DNA of 25,646 nt, from NCBI GenBank assembly GCA_016789295.1, contig JAEUQL010000002.1:1-25646 (forward strand), in the 5' to 3' direction. This stretch comes from Blastocatellia bacterium. Lineage in GTDB: Bacteria; Acidobacteriota; Blastocatellia; Chloracidobacteriales; JADJPF01. Each line of letters begins with the position of its first letter. The first letter of the stretch is position 1. Below the pieces are notes generated by a model. It worked only from the letters and a program-made list of their open reading frames with translations. It did not search any database and had not been told where the DNA came from. Of the stretch, positions 8,788-16,718 are shown one piece after another. Position numbers and translations under genes: made by a program.

Positions 8788-11700
8788 AGAAATCTCCCTG
8801 CACCTGGTGTTGTTCCAAATTCTTGAGAAAGCTCTGCTAGATCATTGTAAACTATTTGCTTACTCTTCAAAAAGTTTACCCTGTCAGCAAATTTGTTCAA
8901 CTCAGAAGACATCATCTCTATTACTTCAATACTCTTTTGTAGCAAGTTAGCAGCTAACTTCTTTTCTCCTTTAGATTTTTCACAGAGTGCAAGACCATAA
9001 AGGGCACGCCATTCAAAGACAAGGCTGCCAGACTGACGTGCAAGGTCAAGAGCTTTCTTATAACTTACTACTGCTTCTGTTACACGACCTAACACACGCA
9101 ATGAATCTGCTATGCTGATAAGAATCTCTATCTCTGTCGGTTTAGCTCCAATCTCAATTGCTATCTGCTCTGCTTTCTGTAGTTCTCTTAAAGCTACTTC
9201 ATGCTCACCTCTGCCCTGATGTGCAAGGCCAATATTGAGCATCACTACACATTCTGTCACTTTATCAAAAGTCTCTAAAGCTAGAGCAAGTGATTGATGG
9301 AAGTAGGCCGAAGCTTCTTGATAGACACCACGACGACGGTAGTAGTCACCAACGCTGTTGAGCAGGCCAGCTTCACTCACTCTATACCCCAAGTCACGTG
9401 CAATTTTTAGAGCAGTGTCAAAGTTGTTGAGTGCATCATCATACTGTCCTACTTCAAGCATCACACTACCTATAAGTTTGAGTGATCTTTGTTGGCCAAG
9501 CCTATCATTACCTGCATAGGCTATCTCGTAAGCACGACGTGCAGAATCTTTGGCTTTTTCATATTGACCTAGTCTGTAGTGTGTTAGTCCAAGGCCACAT
9601 AGTGCGTTGCCTTCATTTACCTTGTCATTCAACTTACGAGCAAGTGCCATAGCACCTTCGTAGTTCTCTATTGCCTGACTGAATCTACCTATACCTTCGT
9701 AAGCAGCACCTATCACCATCAATGCTTGAACTTCCCACTCACAGTCTTCTATAGAAGTAAGAAGTGCAAGCCCCTGTTCTCCATACTCAAGGCTACGTGC
9801 CAGCTGTCCATATTGACGATAAAGTTCTCCAAGAGCAACAAAAGTTCTACCCATCATCTGTAACGAACGCACCTGTCGAGCAAATTCGAGTGTTTGTCGA
9901 AGTTCCGACTCTGCTCTCTGATGGTTGCCTATATGCATTAGTAGCCGACCGTAATTAAGGTGGTAGAGGGCTAGTCTGTCAACTTCAAGGTGTAGCCCAC
10001 AGGCTGCAAGTTGCATAATCTTGTTGCCTGGGTCTGTCTGTATTCCACCTTCAGCCAGAGAAAGTGTCAAACTTTCTATAGATTTTTCTGCCCATTCGTA
10101 GTACTTTGCTGCTTCAGACACAGCCATTGCACGCCAGGCGAGGTTTCCTGCCTCGACTGCATAGCGCAGTGCATGCCCATAATCTTCGGCATTGTGGTAG
10201 TGGTAAACAAGCTCAGCAGCTATCTTATTTGCTCGGTCTGCATAAAGTTCTTCAAGCTTACGACCTATCTGCTGATGCAATTTTTTTCGTCTGCGACGAC
10301 TGGTGCGCTCATAGAGTACTTTGCGCAGTGTACTATGATAAAAGACGTAACGATCTTCTCTTCCACTCATCTCTTCTTTCAATATATGTTCTCGCAAACC
10401 TGTTTCAACAAGTGATAAGAGGTCATCTTCATCAAGCTCTGTAACTGTCTGTAATGTTTCAAAAGTAAATCCATCTCCAAGTACAGCAGCTTGTGTAAAA
10501 ACATCAAGTGCTGTAGCGGGAAGTTTAGCGAGGTGAGCTTCAACCAAGTCAACTATAGAAGATGGAAGTTTGATCTCAGCTACATCTTCACAAACCCACT
10601 TTCCACCTTTGGGGCTTATCACTTTCTCTTCAAGCAAAAGTCTAACAATCTCACTCAAATAGAAAGCATTACCTTTTGTCTCTGTAAGTAATCTTGTAAG
10701 CATTGAGCTTGAGATCTCTATCTTACCAAAGATAAGCTCAAGTACCAGTTCAACCTCTTTTTCATTTAAGGGTGCAAGTTTTATCTGTTCATAGCTGCCA
10801 TAACGACTCATTTGTCGCAGCCAAGTTCGTACTGGGTTACCTTCGTTTGAAATCTCCCATTCACGCATTGTAGCAACTATAAATACACGTTCATCTGCAG
10901 TAGCTCTTATCAAGTAAGCTAGAAAATCTAGAGTCAACTCATCGGCCCACTGCAAGTCATCAAGAAAGAGGATCAGAGGGCGTAGTTTTGCAAGGCTAAT
11001 ATAGATCTTGGTCAAATAATCAAAAATCTTGAACTTCTCTTGTTCTGCATTACTACTAACTGTAGTTTCATGGCTCAAAAGAAAGGAAAGAGGGTCTGAA
11101 TTGGTAAAGTCATTAATAACTTTTTCAGTAAGAGAACCAAAAACCATGTCTACATTTTCAGAAGCATGTTCTGCTAGATAATGTATCGATCCACGTAGTG
11201 AATCACAGAAAACTTTATAAGGTACAGCACCGCCAGACTCATAGAAACGGCCTTGTAGAAAGAGTATATCTCTACCAGCCAATTTTTTTCTAAACTCTTC
11301 TACAAGTTTTGTCTTGCCAAGTCCAGCGTCTCCCACAATAAATAGGAGTCTACCACGGCCAGAGATAGAGCTTTCAAACTCTCTATTTAACCTTTCAAGT
11401 TCATTATTACGCCCTACAAAACTGTCAAAATTTGTTGTTAACTCCACCAAACTAACCCCGTTCAAAGAGCGGCGAGCAAGTTTATCCTGTCTCAGTGCTC
11501 TTTGAGCCGACTCAACAAGGTCAGAAGCATAGATACCATCTTCGGGAAACTTTGCAGCACCTACAGAGAGTGAGAGGTACTGTCCGCCTGGTATATCTTT
11601 CTGTAGGAACTTTGTTTCTGCTGTAATCTTTTTTAACTGTTCTAAAGTTTTGTCAAAATCCTTTACCAGCTCACCGACTGCCATCATAACAAAGCCATCG

Positions 11701-13001
11701 CCCGGTGAGCGACAGATCAACATATCTGATGGAGCTTTTTCATTCAAAAGTATTCCTACTTCACGAATTGCTAAGTCACCTATCAGATATCCATATGTAT
11801 CATTTATCTTTTTGAAACCGTCTATTCCTAGAAAAGCTATACTCAAAAGCTCATTTGTCTGAGCTAGTTTAGCAAGAATTTCTTCTAGTCTTTGGGTAAA
11901 ATACGCATAGGAATGCAGACCTGTAAGACTATCGTAGTTAATAAGCCCGCTTCTTCTTACTTGTGGAAAGTTACCTGTAGTTCCTCTGAGGGCTGCTGAT
12001 ATAGCTTGTTCAGTACCTTCACTGCTTTTCTGTTTCTGTAGATCACCAGTATGCTGTGAAACGTTAGATATAACCTGGCGAAGTCGTTGAGCTAGTGCTG
12101 TAGCAGTTGTTGGACGCATGTTACGGTCTTTAGCAAGTGTCTGCATTACTACAGCTTCAAGCTCTTCTGACACATCTGGGCGTAAGGGGCGCAGTGGAGC
12201 AGGAGCCTCGGTAGCGTGTTGAATGATCACAGCAGAAAGCGTCTTACCCCTAAAAGGAACCACTCCAGTAAGCATCTCATAGAGGATAATTCCAAGGCTG
12301 TATAGATCAGACCTAGTGTCTAAATCTTCACCTTTGCACTGTTCAGGAGAGATATAGTAAGGTGTTCCGACCATCATTCCAGCTTCGGTAAGTTTCGTCA
12401 GGGCATCACTGATAACGTGTTCTCGAAGCTCGGCTACACCAAAATCTACAACCTTGATATTCTCTATTCCACCTCTATGCGGCTCAATCATTATGTTTTC
12501 TGGTTTTAGATCGCGGTGAATGATTCCTGCATCATGGGCAGCCTGCACACCAGCACAAACAGCTATCATAATCTCCATAGCTCTAGCTGTAGAAAGTTGT
12601 TGGGCTTTTTTGAGTTCATCACGCAGGCTATAGCCATCAACATACTCCATTACTAGAAAAGTATTACCTTCTGGTAGGTTACCAAGGTCGTGAATCGTCA
12701 CTACACCACTGTGCTTGATCCTTGCGGCTGCCTGAGCTTCGCGCCGAAAGCGGGCAACAGCAAGTGGATTCTTCAAAGATTCAGCATTAAGAATCTTGAC
12801 AGCGACGTTGTCGCCTATCTGCACTCTGTTTGCAAGGTAGACGGTGGCCATGCCGCCTGTTCCAATGCGCTTCTCGATCCTGTATTTACCTTCAAGTAAC
12901 TGACCGAGCATTGGGTCTGCTGCTTCTAGTACTGCTCCATCGTCTGCACAAACAGACACTTCATCTGTGTATTCTTGATTGCAGATAGGACATAACTTCA
13001 T
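8784..13001 (-). CDS. Multidomain protein: Cys-rich N-terminal knuckle, Hanks Ser/Thr kinase, degenerate GGDEF, STAND/AAA_16 NTPase (SWACOS-like), winged helix, TPR array
   Basis: CPIC...CADDG; kinase GTGGMATVY, VAVK, HRDLKPEN, DFG, GTPYYISPE, SDLYSLG (about 12070-12890); GGDEF-like DSLTGL...FKKINDTYG...GD...RSPGDGF (about 11470-11940); Walker A GDAGLGKT (11310-11333), Walker B LFLDDLQWAD (10941-10970), sensor-1 IVATMR, FYH; roughly 40-aa helical repeats to the C-terminus. Confidence 0.92.
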   Translation of the reverse strand: MKLCPICNQEYTDEVSVCADDGAVLEAADPMLGQLLEGKYRIEKRIGTGGMATVYLANRVQIGDNVAVKILNAESLKNPLAVARFRREAQAAARIKHSGVVTIHDLGNLPEGNTFLVMEYVDGYSLRDELKKAQQLSTARAMEIMIAVCAGVQAAHDAGIIHRDLKPENIMIEPHRGGIENIKVVDFGVAELREHVISDALTKLTEAGMMVGTPYYISPEQCKGEDLDTRSDLYSLGIILYEMLTGVVPFRGKTLSAVIIQHATEAPAPLRPLRPDVSEELEAVVMQTLAKDRNMRPTTATALAQRLRQVISNVSQHTGDLQKQKSSEGTEQAISAALRGTTGNFPQVRRSGLINYDSLTGLHSYAYFTQRLEEILAKLAQTNELLSIAFLGIDGFKKINDTYGYLIGDLAIREVGILLNEKAPSDMLICRSPGDGFVMMAVGELVKDFDKTLEQLKKITAETKFLQKDIPGGQYLSLSVGAAKFPEDGIYASDLVESAQRALRQDKLARRSLNGVSLVELTTNFDSFVGRNNELERLNREFESSISGRGRLLFIVGDAGLGKTKLVEEFRKKLAGRDILFLQGRFYESGGAVPYKVFCDSLRGSIHYLAEHASENVDMVFGSLTEKVINDFTNSDPLSFLLSHETTVSSNAEQEKFKIFDYLTKIYISLAKLRPLILFLDDLQWADELTLDFLAYLIRATADERVFIVATMREWEISNEGNPVRTWLRQMSRYGSYEQIKLAPLNEKEVELVLELIFGKIEISSSMLTRLLTETKGNAFYLSEIVRLLLEEKVISPKGGKWVCEDVAEIKLPSSIVDLVEAHLAKLPATALDVFTQAAVLGDGFTFETLQTVTELDEDDLLSLVETGLREHILKEEMSGREDRYVFYHSTLRKVLYERTSRRRRKKLHQQIGRKLEELYADRANKIAAELVYHYHNAEDYGHALRYAVEAGNLAWRAMAVSEAAKYYEWAEKSIESLTLSLAEGGIQTDPGNKIMQLAACGLHLEVDRLALYHLNYGRLLMHIGNHQRAESELRQTLEFARQVRSLQMMGRTFVALGELYRQYGQLARSLEYGEQGLALLTSIEDCEWEVQALMVIGAAYEGIGRFSQAIENYEGAMALARKLNDKVNEGNALCGLGLTHYRLGQYEKAKDSARRAYEIAYAGNDRLGQQRSLKLIGSVMLEVGQYDDALNNFDTALKIARDLGYRVSEAGLLNSVGDYYRRRGVYQEASAYFHQSLALALETFDKVTECVVMLNIGLAHQGRGEHEVALRELQKAEQIAIEIGAKPTEIEILISIADSLRVLGRVTEAVVSYKKALDLARQSGSLVFEWRALYGLALCEKSKGEKKLAANLLQKSIEVIEMMSSELNKFADRVNFLKSKQIVYNDLAELSQEFGTTPGAGRFL

Positions 13002-13028
13002 ATTTGGAAAACCAGATTTTAGAAAGCC

Positions 13029-14510
13029 TTAGAGTTCCTTTTCAGCTACTTCAATAGCCTTCAAAAGAGCACGAGCCTTGTTTACAGTCTCTATATACTC
13101 TTTTTCGGCTACTGAGTCAGCAACAATTCCTGCGCCAGCTTGTATATAAGCTTTTCCGTCTTTGACAAGCACTGAACGAATAGTTATACACGAATCGAGA
13201 TTACCAGCATAGTCGAGATAAAGAACAGTTCCAGCGTAAAAGCTACGCTGGGTTGGTTCTAGTTCATCTATGATCTCCATTGCTCTTACTTTTGGAGCAC
13301 CACTAACGGTTCCTGCAGGAAAGCAGGCTTGCAGTGCATCAAAGCGATCTTTGCTAGAGTGGAGACGGCCTCGAAGGCTCGACACCATATGCATGACGTG
13401 CGAATAGCGTTCAATAACCATCATCTCCAAAATTTCTATTGAACCATAATCGGAGACACGCCCCAAGTCATTACGACCCAGATCTACTAGCATTATATGT
13501 TCAGCAACCTCTTTTTCATCTGCTCTTAGCTCTTCACCTGCCAAGGCATCTTCCACATCCGTAGTGCCACGCGGCCTTGTGCCTGCAATTGGTCTGTAGT
13601 CGAGCCTACGACTCGTACAGCGAACCAGCATTTCTGGAGATGCACCAGCAAGTGTAATCTCTCCCATACTGAGATAGAACATATAAGGTGAAGGGTTAAC
13701 CATTCTTACAGCTCTATATATCTGAAATGGATGAGTAACAATGTCTATCTCAAAACGTTGAGAAAGAACTACTTGAAATATATCTCCAGCCTTGATGTAC
13801 TCTTTGGCCTTCTCTACTGCATTCTCAAACTGCTCTTTGGTAAAGTTTGAACGGATAGAAGGCGGATATGTTCTTGGCCTCTTTGCTGGAAGTGCGATAG
13901 GTAATGTTAGCAAATTCTCTATCTGGGCTATTTTGTTTAGAGAATTTTGATAGAGAGTTTCTAGAGAACTATTTTCAGAAGATTTGAAGGCATTGACAAT
14001 AATTACTATCTGTCGTTTGACGTGATCAAAAGCAAGGATAGAAGAAAAAAACATCAGTACTGCATCTTCAATATTGATACTGTCAGGATTTTTATCAGGA
14101 ATATCTTCAAACCATCTAACAGCATCATAGCCTATGTATCCTACTGCACCACCTGTAAACATCGGTAAGTCAGTCATTTTGGATGGCTTAAATCTGTTAA
14201 ATATTTGCCGAACTATATCAAAAAAATCACCTTTCTGACTTCTGACTTGACCAGCTTCAACTATCTCTATCTGTCTGCCGCGAGCACGTAGAATCAAGTG
14301 TGGATCTATGCCAAGAAAAGAGTATCTAGCTACTTTTTCACCTCCTTCCACCGACTCAAGTAGAAAAGAGTGTGTTGATCCACTCGATAGTCTCAGATAG
14401 GCTGCTACAGGAGTAAGCAAGTCTGCTGCGATAGTTTTTGTTACTGCAACCAGATTGGAGTTGGAAGCCAGTTGGGTAAACTCTTCTAAGTTTTTAGGTT
14501 TGTAAGCCAT
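13029..14510 (-). CDS. trpE: Anthranilate synthase component I
   Basis: LLES and NPSPYM (Trp feedback motifs), GDIFQVVLSQR, SPEMLV, PIAGTRPRG, EHIMLVDLGRND. Confidence 0.96.
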   Translation of the reverse strand: MAYKPKNLEEFTQLASNSNLVAVTKTIAADLLTPVAAYLRLSSGSTHSFLLESVEGGEKVARYSFLGIDPHLILRARGRQIEIVEAGQVRSQKGDFFDIVRQIFNRFKPSKMTDLPMFTGGAVGYIGYDAVRWFEDIPDKNPDSINIEDAVLMFFSSILAFDHVKRQIVIIVNAFKSSENSSLETLYQNSLNKIAQIENLLTLPIALPAKRPRTYPPSIRSNFTKEQFENAVEKAKEYIKAGDIFQVVLSQRFEIDIVTHPFQIYRAVRMVNPSPYMFYLSMGEITLAGASPEMLVRCTSRRLDYRPIAGTRPRGTTDVEDALAGEELRADEKEVAEHIMLVDLGRNDLGRVSDYGSIEILEMMVIERYSHVMHMVSSLRGRLHSSKDRFDALQACFPAGTVSGAPKVRAMEIIDELEPTQRSFYAGTVLYLDYAGNLDSCITIRSVLVKDGKAYIQAGAGIVADSVAEKEYIETVNKARALLKAIEVAEKEL

Positions 14511-14511
14511 A

Positions 14512-15195
14512 CTATGTTTTTTCTACTCTATTTCCAGCCCGTTTTCTCAGTTCTGCTTGGATGTCTTCTAGGCGAACGTTAGACTCACACATTAGAACCA
14601 GCAAGTGGTATAAAAGGTCAGAAATTTCTGCTGTCATCTGAGGGACAGAACGGTTTTTTGCTGCAATTATTGTCTCTGCAGACTCTTCGCCAACTTTTTT
14701 CAAGATCTTGTCAAGACCTGAGTTGAAGAGGTAAGTAGTGTAAGAACCTTCTGGTCGCTTCTCTTTCCTCTCTTCTATCAACTTGTAGAGTTCATCTAGA
14801 AGTATTCCAAGTTCCAAAGCGTTGTGACTAACCAGAGAAACACTTCTCATTTCTCTAGTTGGCTCTTCATCTTTGCCAAGCCCTCGATGAAAACAGGACT
14901 GTTCTCCAAGGTGGCATGCTGGACCGTTTGGTTCAACCAAAACTACTAGAGCGTCACCATCACAATCGAGCTTTATATCGACTACTTTCTGATAGTTACC
15001 TGAAGTTTCACCTTTATGCCAAAGCTCTTTTCTAGACCTGCTCCAGAACCAAGTTTCGCCTGTTTGGAGTGTTTTGGAAAGACTTTCAGCGTTCATATAA
15101 GCTAAAGTCAACACTTCGTATGTCCGACAATCCTGAACAATAGCAGGTATTAAACCATTGTTGTCAAACTTCAGACTCCGAATAGAGACCGTCAT
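14512..15195 (-). CDS. hisIE: Bifunctional phosphoribosyl-AMP cyclohydrolase / phosphoribosyl-ATP pyrophosphatase
   Basis: HisI: AYMN, WSRSR, KGETSG, DCDGD, ACH...SCF. HisE: SYT, KKVGEE, DLLYH. Confidence 0.97.
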   Translation of the reverse strand: MTVSIRSLKFDNNGLIPAIVQDCRTYEVLTLAYMNAESLSKTLQTGETWFWSRSRKELWHKGETSGNYQKVVDIKLDCDGDALVVLVEPNGPACHLGEQSCFHRGLGKDEEPTREMRSVSLVSHNALELGILLDELYKLIEERKEKRPEGSYTTYLFNSGLDKILKKVGEESAETIIAAKNRSVPQMTAEISDLLYHLLVLMCESNVRLEDIQAELRKRAGNRVEKT

Positions 15196-15243
15196 AAACT
15201 GTTTTTAACTCCTGTGGATTAGTTTTGAGGATTTTGTGGAGGT

Positions 15244-15252
15244 ATTCTAACA
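15244..15252 (-). promoter_or_regulatory. Candidate extended -10 internal promoter (TG-T-TAGAAT) upstream of hisIE-trpE
   Basis: Minus strand reads TGTTAGAAT about 50 nt upstream of the hisIE ATG in the 97-nt hisF-hisIE gap; no -35 at the normal spacing. Pattern match only. Confidence 0.4.
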
Positions 15253-15292
15253 GATTTTGCAAAAAATCTCTCTGAAGCAGCGTTAAATTGGG

Positions 15293-16054
15293 TTACCTTA
15301 CTATAATCCCTCTACTACTCAAGTACTCTTTTGCTTGCCCAATAGTAAACTGACCAAAATGGAAGATAGAAGCAGCCAAAACAGCCGATGCTTTACCAAC
15401 ATTCAAAGCTTCATAAAGGTGCTCTAAGCTGCCTGCACCACCAGAAGCAATCACTGGAATCTTCACTCTGCTGGCTATTTCTGCAAGTAGTTCAGTATCA
15501 TAGCCATTCTTTGTACCGTCTGCATCCATGCTGGTTACAAGCAGCTCACCTGCTCCCAGTCTTTCTGCACTTTCTGCCCAATCGAGAGCGTCTATTCCCG
15601 TTGGCCTTCTTCCTCCGTGGGTATAGACTTCCCATCTTAGAGGAGGTTCTTCTCTTCTCTTTGCGTCTATCGCTACAACTATGCACTGGCTTCCAAATCT
15701 AGTAGCACTTTCTGTTATCAACTCTGGCTGGTTTAGTGCTGCAGTATTGAGAGAGACCTTGTCTGCACCTGCAAGAAGTATCTCCCTGATATCTTCTATT
15801 TTGCGGATGCCACCACCTACTGTAAAAGGAATAAAGACTGAGTCAGCAACATCACGAACCATCTGCAGGACAATGGGTCGTGCATCTGAAGAGGCCGTAA
15901 TGTCGAGGAAAACTAGTTCGTCGGCTCCCTCAGAGTCATAACGCTGCGCTTGCTCTACTGGATCGCCGGCATCTTTGAGTGAAACAAAATTGGTGCCTTT
16001 AACTACTCTTCCTCTATCGATATCTAAACAAGGAATAATTCTTTTAGCCAACAT
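15293..16054 (-). CDS. hisF: Imidazole glycerol phosphate synthase cyclase subunit
   Basis: [63 protein letters not shown]. Confidence 0.98.
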   Translation of the reverse strand: MLAKRIIPCLDIDRGRVVKGTNFVSLKDAGDPVEQAQRYDSEGADELVFLDITASSDARPIVLQMVRDVADSVFIPFTVGGGIRKIEDIREILLAGADKVSLNTAALNQPELITESATRFGSQCIVVAIDAKRREEPPLRWEVYTHGGRRPTGIDALDWAESAERLGAGELLVTSMDADGTKNGYDTELLAEIASRVKIPVIASGGAGSLEHLYEALNVGKASAVLAASIFHFGQFTIGQAKEYLSSRGIIVR

Positions 16055-16081
16055 ATTGATGTCTCACTCCGCTATCGTACA

Positions 16082-16698
16082 AGCACAGTTAGCTGTTAAT
16101 GCTATCGTAGTAGTGATTCTCTCCTTCATCGAAGTACTCACCAATAACCTTCAAGCCAGCGTCTGCTAGTGCCTGTCGATATGCTTCATCACCCAAGGAG
16201 ACCGATTGACGGCCAGTCGTCAGATCCGCCCATGCTGCTTTCTGTATGGGTGCCGAGAACAGGAAGCGGCCACCTGGTTTCAGAGCTGTAGACACTCGCT
16301 GGATCAATGCTTGCTGAACGTCAGGGTGCAGCAGGAATAAAAGGCCAATGGCCACGATTCCGTCATATTTTCTGCCGAAGAATTGGGACTCTTCTACAGG
16401 CTCGCAAGCCGTTTGTGCTTGTGGAAACTGACGGTTAAATTCTGCGACCAAGCTTGGAGAGGCATCAACACCATACACCACACATCCCTTGTTGATCAGT
16501 GCCTCTGAGATGGGAACACCAGTACCACATCCAATATCGAGAACAGACGCGCCTGCTGGTAACATCTGGCACCAGGTTTGCACCGTAGCTGCACCAATAG
16601 ATGAACGCTGAGCTATGAATTGGTGCGCCACAGCTTCCCATCCATTTGATCGATCTGATTGCACCGCTCACTCCTATTGATCGTGGTCTAACTGTGCT
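16082..16698. repeat. 11-bp perfect inverted repeat pair bracketing the methyltransferase gene: AGCACAGTTAG (16082-16092) and CTAACTGTGCT (16688-16698)
   Basis: Read directly from the sequence; the left copy contains the gene's stop codon and the right copy lies 24 nt upstream of its start. Confidence 0.85.
16089..16664 (-). CDS. Class I SAM-dependent methyltransferase, higher GC than neighbours
   Basis: VLDIGCGTGVP, GVDASP, YDGIVA, LKPGGRFLF; GTG start with GGAG SD; about 52% GC (249/480 counted over 16141-16620). Confidence 0.9.
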   Translation of the reverse strand: MQSDRSNGWEAVAHQFIAQRSSIGAATVQTWCQMLPAGASVLDIGCGTGVPISEALINKGCVVYGVDASPSLVAEFNRQFPQAQTACEPVEESQFFGRKYDGIVAIGLLFLLHPDVQQALIQRVSTALKPGGRFLFSAPIQKAAWADLTTGRQSVSLGDEAYRQALADAGLKVIGEYFDEGENHYYDSINS

Positions 16699-16718
16699 GC
16701 CTCTTGTTGTCTGAAGTA

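Noticed and set aside
11470-11940. Active diguanylate cyclase
   Set aside because: The signature is PGDGF and the first metal-binding Asp is Gly, so cyclase activity is unlikely.
15252-15269. AGATTTTGCAAAAAATCT palindrome and the similar AGATTTGCAATCT at 18850-18862 as a shared operator
   Set aside because: The spacing differs, both are AT-rich, and the second is explained by a -35 TTGCAA; not enough support.
16045-16093. Complete attC formed by AGCTAAC (methyltransferase stop) and GTTGGCT (hisF start)
   Set aside because: The span is only 49 nt, the interior does not fold into L''/L' arms, and GTTGGCT is explained by the conserved MLAK start of HisF.
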